From: an uncultured Acidobacteriota bacterium
Lineage (GTDB): Bacteria; Acidobacteriota; Thermoanaerobaculia; UBA5066; Gp7-AA6
NCBI GenBank assembly: GCA_963810205.1
Contig: CAWEMP010000018.1
Coordinates: 96,265 to 160,264, forward strand
Length of the DNA stretch: 64,000 nt
Direction of reading: 5' to 3'
In this document: positions 1-9,138 of the stretch, piece by piece
How positions within the stretch are numbered: position 1 is the stretch's first letter
Layout of the letters: every line of letters starts with the position of its first letter
The notes under the pieces: generated by a model
What the model saw: only the letters and a program-made list of their open reading frames with translations
The model's database searches: none
Told to the model about the DNA's origin: nothing
Program-made: the position numbers and the translations under genes

Positions 1-211
1 CGCCTGCCGGCCGACGATCTCGGCCGGGTTGTCGCGCTCGCGCTTCATGCCGGCGAGGATCGTGCGGGTGTGGTCGCCGAAGCCGACGGTCAGGCGCAGG
101 AGCCTGTCCGACTTCGGCACGTCCTCGACCTTCTCGGATCGTCCCGACGCGGACGTCGATCGCCTCGAGCGCGGAGAATGGAACGGCGGGCTTGACGGGC
201 GCGGGCGTCAT
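1..211 (-). CDS. tRNA-binding (CsaA/EMAP-type) domain protein; C-terminus runs off the left edge; one apparent frameshift near 130-140
   Basis: ATG 211..209 overlaps the upstream TGA (ATGA). MTPAPVKPAVPFSALEAIDVRVGTI continues one frame over as EKVEDVPKSDRLLRLTVGFGDHTRTILAGMKRERDNPAEIVGRQA. This is the typical DLRVG.I..E.V..SD.LL.L.V..G pattern of tRNA-binding OB-fold domains. Confidence 0.6.
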   Translation of the reverse strand, partial: MTPAPVKPAVPFSALEAIDVRVGTIREGRGRAEVGQAPAPDRRLRRPHPHDPRRHEARARQPGRDRRPAG

Positions 212-1636
212 GCGTGATCTCCCTCGGTCATGGCGGCTCGAATGTCCTCGAGCGCCTGCTCCATGCGGTCGCGATGGGTGCGGAACGACAGGACGCAGAT
301 GCGGATCGCGAAACGCCCCTTCAGACGCGTGCCCGTGAGGTAGACGCGCCGGCGGCCGTTGATCCGGTCGAGGAGCGCCCGGTTCGACGCGTCGAGCTCC
401 TCCTCGGAGCACCCGGCACGCGTGCGGCGGAACGCGACGATCGAGAGCTGCGGCTCCGCGAGGATCTCGACATCCCGAATCTCCCGCAGGCGCTCGCAGG
501 CCCACCGGGCCAGGGCGAGCTTCTCCTCGAGGTTGGCGCGGAACGGCGCGGCGCCGTGCATCTTCAGGGGCAGCCAGACGCGCAACCCCCGGAAGTCCCG
601 CGAGAGCTCCGGCGACAGCAGGTTGAAGTCGGTCAGGTCCGCCTCCTCCTGCATCGTCGGCATGTAGTCGGCCGACAGGGCGTGGGCGCGCTTCAGGGCC
701 TCTCCGTCGCGGACGAGCAGCGCGCCGGTCCCGTAGGGGAGGAAGAGACCCTTGTGGGGGTCGAGGACGATCGAGTCGGCGCGCTCGATCCCCGCGAGCG
801 CCCGCCGCCCTCCCTCCGTGAGCAGGAAGAAGCCGCCGTAGGCGGCGTCCACGTGGAACCAGAGACGCTCCCGCGCCGCGAGCCCGGCGAGCGCGGGCAG
901 ATCGTCGACGGCGCCGGTGTTCGTGGTCCCGGCGTTTCCGACGACGAGAAACGGCGACAGGCCCGCTTTGCGGTCCGCGGCAACGGCGGCCGCGAGCGCG
1001 TCCATGCGAATCCGGAAGACAGGCGTCCGTTTCGATCTCGCGCACGCGATGTTCCGGGAAGCCCGCGAGGCTCGCGGCCTTCTGGATCGCGTGATGCGCC
1101 TGGTCCGAGACGTAGATCGTCCCGGAGAGAAAGTCCTCCGGCAGCCGGTCGCGGCGGGCGGCGACGAGGGCCGAAAACGTCGCGAGCGAGCCGCCGCTCG
1201 TCAGGATCCCCCGGGACTCGCGTGGGAGTCCGGCGAGGTCGCAGAACCAGCGCACGACGTTCGATTCGAGCTGCGCGAGGCCGGGCGCCGCGGCGAAGAC
1301 GCCGACGTATCGGTTGGTGGCATCCGCGACGAGGTCTGCGACGGCGGACTGCGGCAGCCCGCCGCCGGGGATGTAGGCGAGGTACCCGGGGCCGGCGGTG
1401 TTGAAGCTCTTCGGGATCACGCGGTCGAAGAGAAAGTCGAGGAGCTCTGCGGCTGGAGCGCCGGTCTCCGGGAGACCCTCGGCGAGCGAGCGGGCCAACG
1501 CCGCGCCTCCCTTGGTGTCGGCCGACGGTTGAAGCGGAAGTGAGTCGACGTGCGCCACGATCCGCTCCGCCGCTTCATCGATGAGCTGCCGCAGCGCATC
1601 TCCGGTCAGCTCGAGACTGCGATCCTCCCCGGTCAC
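208..1636 (-). CDS. PLP-dependent group II (aromatic-amino-acid/glutamate-type) decarboxylase; one apparent frameshift near 1010-1030
   Basis: C-terminal ORF 208..1005 has HVDAAYGG and the SIVLDPHKGLF lysine motif. The N-terminal ~200 aa start at GTG 1636 (FNTAGPGYLAYIPGGG, ILTSGGSLATFSAL, YVSDQAHHAIQKAA) and lie in the adjacent frame. An in-frame TGA sits just upstream of the GTG. Confidence 0.75.
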
Positions 1637-1667
1637 GCCGCCATTGAATCACCCCCGCACGAGCTTT

Positions 1668-1824
1668 TCGCCACGCGCCAGTATCGGTTCGCGGCGCGAA
1701 TAGTCTCCCGACCGAAGGGAGGGAGGAGGTTCGCGCCGCGGGAGCGCAGCGAGCGGCGGGGGTCAGGCGAGCGGTCGAGCCCGCATCCGGGCGAGCCGCT
1801 CGCCGGTGCGTCCGCAGGACGCAG
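1668..1824 (+). repeat. Family-1 structured intergenic repeat, copy 1 (three hairpins)
   Basis: Stem A is cgcggcgcgaa 1690-1700 / ttcgcgccgcg 1730-1740. It encloses a tctccc/gggagg hairpin and a gaggagg tract. Stem B is ggcgagcgg 1766-1774 / ccgctcgcc 1796-1804. Stem C is tgcgtcc 1807-1813 / ggacgca 1817-1823. About 60 nt are near-identical to the reverse strand of 43505-43565. Confidence 0.7.
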
Positions 1825-1866
1825 ACGCCCGCCGCTCGCGGAGCGACGGTACAATCGACGAGACGG

Positions 1867-3919
1867 CATGGAGGCGGGTTTACAGCGTCGCGGGAGCTCG
1901 AAGCTCGGCTCCGCCTTCGTCCTCGTGTTTGCGGCGCTGCTCCTCCTGCGCGCCCGACCGCTCGTCGGCGCCTACGTCGAAAAGCTCCTGTCGCGGCTCT
2001 CCGGCGCCACGCTCGCCGCCGCAGCCGCGCTCGCGGTCGGCGCGTTCGCGTTGACCTGGGCCGGTGTCGCGAAGCGCCCTCGCACGACGGCGGCGATCTT
2101 GTCGGCGATCGCCGGGTCGATGGTCGTCCTCTCGGGCAATGGCGTGGCGGCGCTTTCCGCTTCGGCGATTCTGCTGGCGACGCTCCTCGCCGGCGATGCG
2201 GCCTTCCGCCTCCTGCGGGGCGCGGAAGCCGTGCGCGGAGATCTGTCGGCCGCCTTCGCGTCGGGCCTGGCGGTCCTGGGAACGGCCGTCCTGTTGCTCG
2301 GGGAGACGGGCGGACTCGGGCTCGGCACACTTTCGGTCTTCGTCGTCGCGCTCGGCCTGCTGCGCCGGCGCCGCATCCCGGCCCTCGCGCGCCTCCTCCG
2401 GGAATCGGTGCGCCTGCCGCGCGGCGACGCTCCGGCCGTGCTCGAGGCGGCGTGGCTGGCCTTCGCTGCGCTCGTCCTTCTCGCCGTATGGGCCGGCGTG
2501 CAGGCGCCCGACGTCTCCTGGGACGGGCTCGCGTATCACCTGCCCGAGGCCCGCGACGTCGCCGTCGCGGGGCGGGTGCGCCCGCTGCCGGATCTCCATC
2601 CCCAGTCGCTCCTGTGGCGCGGACACGACGCGTATCTCTCCCTCGCCTTTTTCGTCGGGGACGAACGCATCGTGTCGTTTCTCCAGTGGGCGGCCGGCCT
2701 CGGCGTTTTCGGGGCCGCGCTCTCGCTGGCGAAGCGCGTCGGCGCCGGCGGCGCGGCGGCGCTCGTCGTCCTGGCCCTGGCGGCGTTTCCGACGGCGATG
2801 CTCCAGTTGAAATCGGCTTACGTCGACTGGCCGGCGGCGCTGCTGGCGACGGCGGCGGCGGCTCAGGTCGCCGCCGCGCCGGGCGACCGCGGTCGCATGC
2901 GCGTCGCGGGTTTCCTCTTCGGAGCCGCGTTGGCGACGAAGGTCTTCGCGCTCTTCGCCGCGCCCGCGCTCGCCGCGCTCGCGTGGCGCGCACGACCGCG
3001 GCCGATGCGCCTCGCGGCCGCGGCCCTCTGCGCTCTGCTTCCGCTCGGGCCGTGGCTGGCATGGAGCGAGCGGCGCGCCGGCTCGGTCCTCGCGCCCTAT
3101 GCGGACTCCCCGCGGGAACTCGCATCGCGGATCGCCCGGGGCGACTTCTTCACGACGTCGCCCGCTTCCGGAGCACCGCGCCCGGGAAGTCCGGCCGATC
3201 GGGTCGCGGCCTTCGCGTGGCTTCCGTACGATCTCGTCTTTCATTCCAGCCGGTTCGAGGCGAATGGCGACGGCTACAACGGGATCCTCGTCCTCCTGCT
3301 CGTCGCGGGGCTCGCCGGTTGGGGCACGAAGCGGATCGGGCTCTTTCTCGCCGTGACGCTGCCGTTTCTGATCCCCTGGTCTCTCCTGTACCTGCCGTCG
3401 ATCCGTTACCTTTTTCCCGTCTATCCGCTGTTCGCGGTCTTCACGGCCGAGGGGCTGCGCCGGCTGACCGGGCGCTTTTCGGGGGCCTCGGGAGTCGCCG
3501 CCGGCATGGCCGTGCTCGCCGCCGCGGGCGCTTTCCCGGTCCAGCTCGGCTCGAGCGGCCTCGAGTGGAAGGCGGCCTTCGGCCGAATGTCGCGCCAGGA
3601 CGTACTGGCCGCGCGGCTGCCCTCGTTGCCTCTCCAGTCCCGGCTCGGCCCGTCGGATCGGGTCGTTTTTCTCGGCGAGAACGACCGGTTTCACTGTCCC
3701 GCGGAGCTCGCCTGGAGGGCCGACTATCTCCCCGTGGCCGCCTGGGGGTCGGATCCGGCGGCCTGGAGAAAGGGGCTCGCCGCTCTGGGCATCACGGCGG
3801 TCATCGTGCGCACGGACCGCGTCCGGGTCCCCGAGGCGCTCGCACCGATCTCCGACCTGGTGCAACTGGCCGGCGCCCATCGCGACTCTCTCCTCTACCG
3901 CGTCGACCTGCTAAAATGA
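1867..3919 (+). CDS. Polytopic inner-membrane protein, GT-C-like (PMT_2/ArnT-like putative glycosyltransferase)
   Basis: 684-aa ORF from ATG 1867. The GTG 1550 extension would read through the repeat, so I reject it. There are many hydrophobic spans, a loop with WDGLAYHLPEARD and a soluble C-terminal ~120 aa. The family assignment is by overall architecture only. Confidence 0.5.
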
Positions 3920-4034
3920 AGGCATCGGCGACTCCCGAAAACCCATCGGCTTCCGCGAGACGACGCAGGCTCCTCCCGGAGCGGGAGAGCCGCGCGACTC
4001 GCTGGCGTTGCGTTTCGATCCGTCACGGCGAGTG

Positions 4035-4304
4035 ATGCTGAGCTTCGAAGTGATCCTTCCGGACCAGGACGAGATCGATGCGCTTCGCTACGCACGCCGG
4101 GCGATGATCCGGGAGGAACGCACCCGCGGGCTCGATTGGGATGAGCCGTCGATGGAAGACCCGTTGCTCTCCGGCTCCGAGCTCCGGTGGTTTGCGCTGG
4201 CTTCCCAGGCGGCGTGGTGCCGGCAGAAGGTCCGGGAGCTCGTCGACCGCGCCAACCGCGCCGTGGATGACATCCGGGCCGCCCGAGGCCGTTACCCGGA
4301 GTAA
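4035..4304 (+). CDS. Small hypothetical protein, paralog A of a tandem pair
   Basis: 89 aa with G/C-rich third codon positions. It shares the core ALRYARRAM(I/L)REE.TRG...EPS(M/L)ED ... ELV(D/E)RANRA with the next ORF. Many DNA differences between the two are synonymous. Confidence 0.5.
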   Translation: MLSFEVILPDQDEIDALRYARRAMIREERTRGLDWDEPSMEDPLLSGSELRWFALASQAAWCRQKVRELVDRANRAVDDIRAARGRYPE

Positions 4305-4420
4305 CAGTCTTGCGCCAACCCAACGGCCGCCGGCTCTCCGATACCGTGCCGAGGTGGCCTGTTTCGAGTCACTTAGATCATTCGCGAAAATTCGGCACGG
4401 GGTTCGCTCTTTCCAGCGAC

Positions 4421-4774
4421 ATGAGCAAGCGCATCGGCTTCTCGGAGATCGAGGAAACGCGCGAGCCCGTCGGCTTCTCGGCGGCGTCGACCGCTCCCCA
4501 GCTCGCCGAGTCGAACGTCGTGCTGCGCGCCCGCCTGCTCTCGACCGACAGCGCGAGCCTGGAAGCGCTGCGCTATGCCCGCCGGGCGATGCTCCGCGAG
4601 GAGTGGACCCGCGGCGTCGAGGAAGGCGAGCCCTCGCTGGAGGACGCCGTCTTCTCCGCCTTCGAGGTCGCGTGGCTCGTGCGGGCCTCCGAGAGCCACC
4701 GCGGTCGCGCCAAGCTCGCCGAGCTCGTCGAACGGGCCAACCGCGCCCGGCGAGAGCTCGACGCCCGAAGGTGA
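4421..4774 (+). CDS. Small hypothetical protein, paralog B of a tandem pair
   Basis: 117 aa from ATG 4421. In my manual alignment about half of ~70 aligned residues match paralog A. No Shine-Dalgarno sequence is visible, so the start is uncertain. Confidence 0.5.
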   Translation: MSKRIGFSEIEETREPVGFSAASTAPQLAESNVVLRARLLSTDSASLEALRYARRAMLREEWTRGVEEGEPSLEDAVFSAFEVAWLVRASESHRGRAKLAELVERANRARRELDARR

Positions 4775-4796
4775 GGCGGATCGTACAATCGTTCTC

Positions 4797-5183
4797 ATGA
4801 GCGGCCGGCAGTTCCGCAAGCTCCTCCTACTCGCCGTGGCCGTGGGCGTGGCCTACTGGGTCTACAAGGATCGCCCCACGGTTTCCGGTTTCATCGACTC
4901 GATCACGGACCCGCTGATGGGGTCGCGCGCCGCGGTCAAGAGCTCGGAGCGCAACCGGGTCGTCGGCGACGCGACGGCGGCGATCAGCGAGCAGAGCGAT
5001 CTGCCCGTGGGAAGCCTGCGCGAAGGGATGACGTCCCGCGAGGTCGAGGATCTGCTCGGCGACCCCGACTCGCGCGAAGACGAAACCGTCGAGGGCGTCA
5101 AGCGAGTTCGGTGGACGTACAGCCGGGCCCGCCGCGTCCTCGTCTTTCAGAACGGGCGGCTCGTCTCCATCATCATCCGGTAG
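4797..5183 (+). CDS. Membrane-anchored small protein with BamE/SmpA_OmlA-like C-terminal domain
   Basis: N-terminal TM segment LLLLAVAVGVAYWVY. The C-terminus GMTSREVEDLLGDPDSRE...WTYSRARRVLVFQNGRLVSI resembles the SmpA/OmlA fold pattern. Confidence 0.5.
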   Translation: MSGRQFRKLLLLAVAVGVAYWVYKDRPTVSGFIDSITDPLMGSRAAVKSSERNRVVGDATAAISEQSDLPVGSLREGMTSREVEDLLGDPDSREDETVEGVKRVRWTYSRARRVLVFQNGRLVSIIIR

Positions 5184-6151
5184 GCGGCCGCGGCGGCGCC
5201 GATCAGACCGAGGCGCGGTTCCAGGACGACGCGGACCGGGATCGCCGAAAGAAGCCCGTCCATCGGCGGCTTGTTGCGGAACGCGTGGAGGAACGGCCGC
5301 CGCCGGAGTGCGGCCAGAATCTTGGGCGCGATGCCGCCCGCGATGTATACGCCGCCGGTCGCGCGATACTCGAGAGCGCAGTTGCCGGCTTCGGATCCGT
5401 AGATCGACACGAAGAGATCCAGGGCTTCGCGGCACAGGGCGTCCCGCCGGGCGAGGCCGAAGCGGCTGATGACGGCGGCGCGGTCGTCGCGGCGCTCGAA
5501 CTCGGCGGCCACGGCGCGGCTCTCGCGGGCCGCCCGCTCGGCCTTCAGGAACTCGTAGAGGTAGACGAGGCCCCGCCCCGAGAGCACCTTCTCGCGGGTG
5601 GCGCGGCCGGTCTGGCGGCGCAGGAAGACGACGAGGCGGTCCTCGAGCGGGTTGCGCGGGGCGAGGTCCGCGTGGCCGCTCTCCGATGGCACGACTTCGT
5701 AGTGGTCTCCGACGGGGACGAGGCAAGCCTGTCCCAGGCCCGTTCCGGCGCCGATGATTCCGATCGGTCCGCGCGGCTCGACCCGCCCGCGCGTCAGCGT
5801 CGCCAGCTGGCGGGCCCGAAGGACCGGCAGACCGAGGGCGTTCGAAACGAAGTCGTTCAGGACACGCACGCGGCGGATGCCGGTCGCGCGCGCGAGGCGG
5901 GACTCCTCGATCCGCCAGGGCAGGTTCGTGACCTTGGCGGCTCCGTCGCGCACGGGTCCGGCGACGCCGAATCCCGCCGCCTGCGGCTTCGAGCGCTCCC
6001 CGGCGAGGAAGATCTCGACGACCTGCTCCAGGCCCGGGTACGCGGCGCTCGGATATCGTTCGCTGCGGACGAGCGACCGGCCGCGCGGACCGATCTCGAA
6101 GATCGCCAGCGCGGTCTTCGTTCCTCCGATGTCGCCGGCGAGAATCCGCAT
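5147..6151 (-). CDS. glk: Glucokinase
   Basis: MRILAGDIGGTKTALAIFE ATP-binding N-terminus, GIIGAGTGLGQA, GGVYIAGGIAPKI. The start is taken at the Met preceding the DIGGT motif (cat 6149-6151). Confidence 0.85.
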   Translation of the reverse strand: MRILAGDIGGTKTALAIFEIGPRGRSLVRSERYPSAAYPGLEQVVEIFLAGERSKPQAAGFGVAGPVRDGAAKVTNLPWRIEESRLARATGIRRVRVLNDFVSNALGLPVLRARQLATLTRGRVEPRGPIGIIGAGTGLGQACLVPVGDHYEVVPSESGHADLAPRNPLEDRLVVFLRRQTGRATREKVLSGRGLVYLYEFLKAERAARESRAVAAEFERRDDRAAVISRFGLARRDALCREALDLFVSIYGSEAGNCALEYRATGGVYIAGGIAPKILAALRRRPFLHAFRNKPPMDGLLSAIPVRVVLEPRLGLIGAAAAAYRMMMETSRPF

Positions 6152-6230
6152 CGGTGCGGGAACGCTAGCAGAACCTGTTTCCGGCACGGATGTGGCTTAG
6201 AGTCCGGTGCGCACCGGGGCTCGCGCAGGC

Positions 6231-6270
6231 AAAAAAAAGCCCCGGGTCGGGGTGGGGCCGCCCGGGGGGC
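6231..6270 (-). terminator. Canonical intrinsic terminator on the minus strand with no upstream ORF
   Basis: Read on the minus strand: GCCCCCCGGGCGGCCCCACCCCGACCCGGGGC followed by U8 (A-run 6231-6238 on plus). It has a 7-bp CCCCGGG/CCCGGGG stem. The same style is used by the riboswitch terminator at 14105-14127. Confidence 0.55.
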
Positions 6271-6447
6271 GAAAGGAGGAGGTTGAGGTTCCTTTGCTCG
6301 CCATGGAGAGATAGCAAGCGCGTGGCCAGCCTGGCGCGAGGACTCAACTATTTGCTGCAGAATAGCTTACGTTCACGGCGCCGCCCGCAACTGACGAGAA
6401 TTGTCACCAGTGGACGAGGCTATCCTGCCTCAATTTTGCGCGCGGCG

Positions 6448-7659
6448 ATGGTCCTGGCGCTTTCTCTCGCAGCCACCGGCTGCATGTACCTCTTCTCGGA
6501 GAAGCGGACGGTCTACGAATACGACCCCGCTTACGGCGTCGACAGTCCCCAGTTCCTGCGCTCGCTGGACGCGCTCGGAAACGAGATGGCGCCCGGAAAC
6601 CGCGCCGCTCTCCTCCAGGATGCCGACGGGATCTTCCCCCGCATGCTCGAGGCGATTCGCGACGCGACGCTCTCGATCAACCTCGAGATCTACATTTTCG
6701 AGGACGACTCCGTCGGCCAGCGGTTCGCCGAGGCGCTCGCCGAACGCGCGCGGGCGGGCGTGGAGGTCCGGCTGCTGGTGGATGGGTGGGGCTCGGACCT
6801 CGGGCGGCTCGAGGAGAAGCTCGAGCGCGCCGGGGCGCGCGTCCGCATCTACAAGCCCCTGCGCATCTACTCCATCGATCGCGTCGGCAACCGCACGCAT
6901 CGGCGAATCCTCACGATCGACGGCCGCATCGGCTTCTGCGGCGGCGTGGGCCTGGACGACCGCTGGCTGACGTGGCGCGAAACGATGATCGAGGTCGAGG
7001 GCCCGGCCACCGCCCAGCTCCAGCACGTCTTCGCGCAGGACTGGATGTACACGACCGGCGAGGTCCTGAACGGCGACCGCCAGTTCCCGCGCATCGCGCC
7101 GGCCGGCGACGCGCTGGCGCAGGTGATCGCGGCCGCGCGAGCCGACTCGAACTCCGCGTCGAAGCTGCTCCTGTACATGGCGATTCAGGCCTCGCGTCGG
7201 AGCATCTGGATCGAGAACGCCTACTTCGTTCCGGACTGGCAGATCCGCGAGGGGCTCACGGCCGCGGCGCGCCGCGGAGTCGACGTGCGGATCATCGTCC
7301 CGGGCGAGCACATGGACGCGCCAAACGTCCGCGCGGCGGCCCGCTATCACTACGGCGAGCTGCTGGACGCCGGCGTCGCCATCTACGAGTATCTGCCGAC
7401 CATGATGCACAACAAGGTCATGGTCGTCGACGGCATCTGGTCCACGGTCGGGTCGATCAACTTCGTCAACCGGTCGATGAAGAAGAACGCCGAGGTCAAC
7501 ATCGCGGTTTACGACAGCGCCTTCGCGACGCAGGTCGAGAACATGGTCCTCGCCGACCTCGACCGCTGCGACGTGCTGACCAAAGAAGAGTGGAAGAAGC
7601 GCGGCATCGGCGCTCGCATCGGGGAAATTTTCTTCTGGCTCTTCTCGGAGAACTACTGA
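6448..7659 (+). CDS. Cardiolipin-synthase-like phospholipase D family lipoprotein
   Basis: Lipobox LSLAATGC after ATG 6448. Two HKD motifs are present (THRRILTIDG, MHNKVMVVDG...GSINF). Confidence 0.8.
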   Translation: MVLALSLAATGCMYLFSEKRTVYEYDPAYGVDSPQFLRSLDALGNEMAPGNRAALLQDADGIFPRMLEAIRDATLSINLEIYIFEDDSVGQRFAEALAERARAGVEVRLLVDGWGSDLGRLEEKLERAGARVRIYKPLRIYSIDRVGNRTHRRILTIDGRIGFCGGVGLDDRWLTWRETMIEVEGPATAQLQHVFAQDWMYTTGEVLNGDRQFPRIAPAGDALAQVIAAARADSNSASKLLLYMAIQASRRSIWIENAYFVPDWQIREGLTAAARRGVDVRIIVPGEHMDAPNVRAAARYHYGELLDAGVAIYEYLPTMMHNKVMVVDGIWSTVGSINFVNRSMKKNAEVNIAVYDSAFATQVENMVLADLDRCDVLTKEEWKKRGIGARIGEIFFWLFSENY

Positions 7660-7705
7660 GGATCCGTGGCGGCCCGCAGGCGGCGGGCTGAGTTAGGATC
7701 CCGAC

Positions 7706-8476
7706 GTGCTCCACGACCTGCTGCCGCTCGAGCGCCCGCTCGTGGTCTTCGACACGGAGACCACCGGCACCAACTCCCGGTCGGATCGCATCGTCGAGAT
7801 CGCCTGCGTCAAGATCCATCCGGACGGCCGGCGCGAGGACTGGGAACGCCGCCTCAACCCCGGCATCCCGATTCCGGCCGCCTCGACCGCGATCCACGGC
7901 ATCTCCGACGCCGACGTCGCCGATGCGCCTCGCTTTCGCGACGTCGCGGCGGAGCTTTCCGCCTACCTCCGGGGCTGCGACCTGGCCGGGTACAACATCG
8001 CCGGGTTCGATCTGCCGGTGCTCCGGGCCGAGTTCCTGCGCGCGGGCGTGCCCTTCGAAGTCGCGGACCGGCGGCTCGTCGACGCCCAGCGGATCTTCTT
8101 CTCGCGCGAGCCCCGCCACCTCGCGGCGGCCGCGCGCTTCTACTGCCAGTCGGACCACGACGGCGCCCACGGGGCACGGGCCGATGCCGAGATGACGCTG
8201 CGCGTCCTCGTGGGCCAGCTCGAGCGCTATGCGGAGCTGCCGCGGTCCGTCGGGGAGCTCCACGAGCAATTCTGCGCGGGCATCGACCAGGACATCGATC
8301 CCGAAGGTCGCTTCCGCCTCGTCAACGGCGAGCCCACGGTCAACTTCGGCAAGAACCGGGGGCGGCTCCTGAAGGACATCAGCCGCGAGGAGCCCGGGTT
8401 CCTGCGCTGGATTCTGAAGGGCGACTTCTCGGAGCCCGTCAAGTCGGTCGCGCGGAAATACCTGCCGGAGGGCTAG
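7706..8476 (+). CDS. DnaQ-like 3'-5' exonuclease with C-terminal extension
   Basis: ExoI VVFDTETTG, ExoII GYNIAGFDLPVL, ExoIII HGARADAEMT. The ~70-aa C-terminal tail has no function I can assign. Confidence 0.8.
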   Translation: MLHDLLPLERPLVVFDTETTGTNSRSDRIVEIACVKIHPDGRREDWERRLNPGIPIPAASTAIHGISDADVADAPRFRDVAAELSAYLRGCDLAGYNIAGFDLPVLRAEFLRAGVPFEVADRRLVDAQRIFFSREPRHLAAAARFYCQSDHDGAHGARADAEMTLRVLVGQLERYAELPRSVGELHEQFCAGIDQDIDPEGRFRLVNGEPTVNFGKNRGRLLKDISREEPGFLRWILKGDFSEPVKSVARKYLPEG

Positions 8477-8480
8477 GACC

Positions 8481-9047
8481 CTAGTCCTTCTTGCCGGCCT
8501 GCCTGAAGCGCAGCGTCTCTCCGCTCTCCACGCTGCGGAAGCGCAGGTTGCCCGGCTCGAGCTCGACCGACCACTTGCCGATCGCTCCGCGCATCGCCAG
8601 CGCGCAGGCCGTGATGCCGAGGGTGTCGCCCGCGAAGCCGTCGCCCTGCGGCTTGACCGTGAAGCTGCAGGCCGAGGTCAGCTCGCGTTCGGTGAAGGCG
8701 CCGACGTCGTTCGACAGGACCGTGATCGCAGGGTCGAAGTGGGGAATGTAGGTGAAGTAGATGTCCTGCCCCTGCGATTCCAGCCGGATCACGCCCTGCT
8801 GGCGAACGCTGTCGCCCTGGTATCGACCGGTGACCTGCACGAAGATGTCGTAGGGGTGCGAGGGGTCGATCGTGACCGTGCTCATGTTCAGGATGAGCTG
8901 GTTTCCGGGCGTCGAGCCTTCGAACCGGCCCTGCAGGATCGAGGCGATTGCGTAGATGCGATCGGGTGTCGCGGCGGGAAGCGGCGCCGCCATGACGCCC
9001 GTCAGGGCGACGGCGGCGGAGATGCAGGCGGCCAGATGCCTTTTCAT
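8481..9047 (-). CDS. Secreted hypothetical protein (possibly CpcT/CpeT-like beta-barrel)
   Basis: Signal peptide MKRHLAACISAAVALTGVMA. A strong GGAGGA Shine-Dalgarno precedes ATG 9047. The CpcT-like call is a weak pattern impression only. Confidence 0.5.
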   Translation of the reverse strand: MKRHLAACISAAVALTGVMAAPLPAATPDRIYAIASILQGRFEGSTPGNQLILNMSTVTIDPSHPYDIFVQVTGRYQGDSVRQQGVIRLESQGQDIYFTYIPHFDPAITVLSNDVGAFTERELTSACSFTVKPQGDGFAGDTLGITACALAMRGAIGKWSVELEPGNLRFRSVESGETLRFRQAGKKD

Positions 9048-9138
9048 GGTTCCTCCGCGGTTCCGGCAGTGCGAGATCCGTTCCACGGCCGTCCCGCCGC
9101 CCGCACGGTCCCCCGGGCAGGGAGGAAGCGGCGGCCCG

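Noticed and set aside
1690-1760. A conserved peptide (…VSRPKGGRRFAPRER…) encoded by family-1 repeats in ORFs 1550-3919 and 43186-43569.
   Set aside because: The conservation is at the DNA level. The copies sit in different frames and contexts and lack starts or a Shine-Dalgarno sequence. Substitutions preserve base pairing rather than amino acids.
1550-1866. The GTG-1550 N-terminal extension of the 1867-3919 membrane protein.
   Set aside because: The extension overlaps the divergent decarboxylase start and reads straight through the intergenic repeat. The hydrophobic protein begins convincingly only after ATG 1867.
6165-6347. A 60-aa minus-strand ORF in the glk/cls spacer as a small protein gene.
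   Set aside because: It runs through the terminator stem and U-tract. It has no Shine-Dalgarno sequence and a poor composition. The region is better explained as non-coding.
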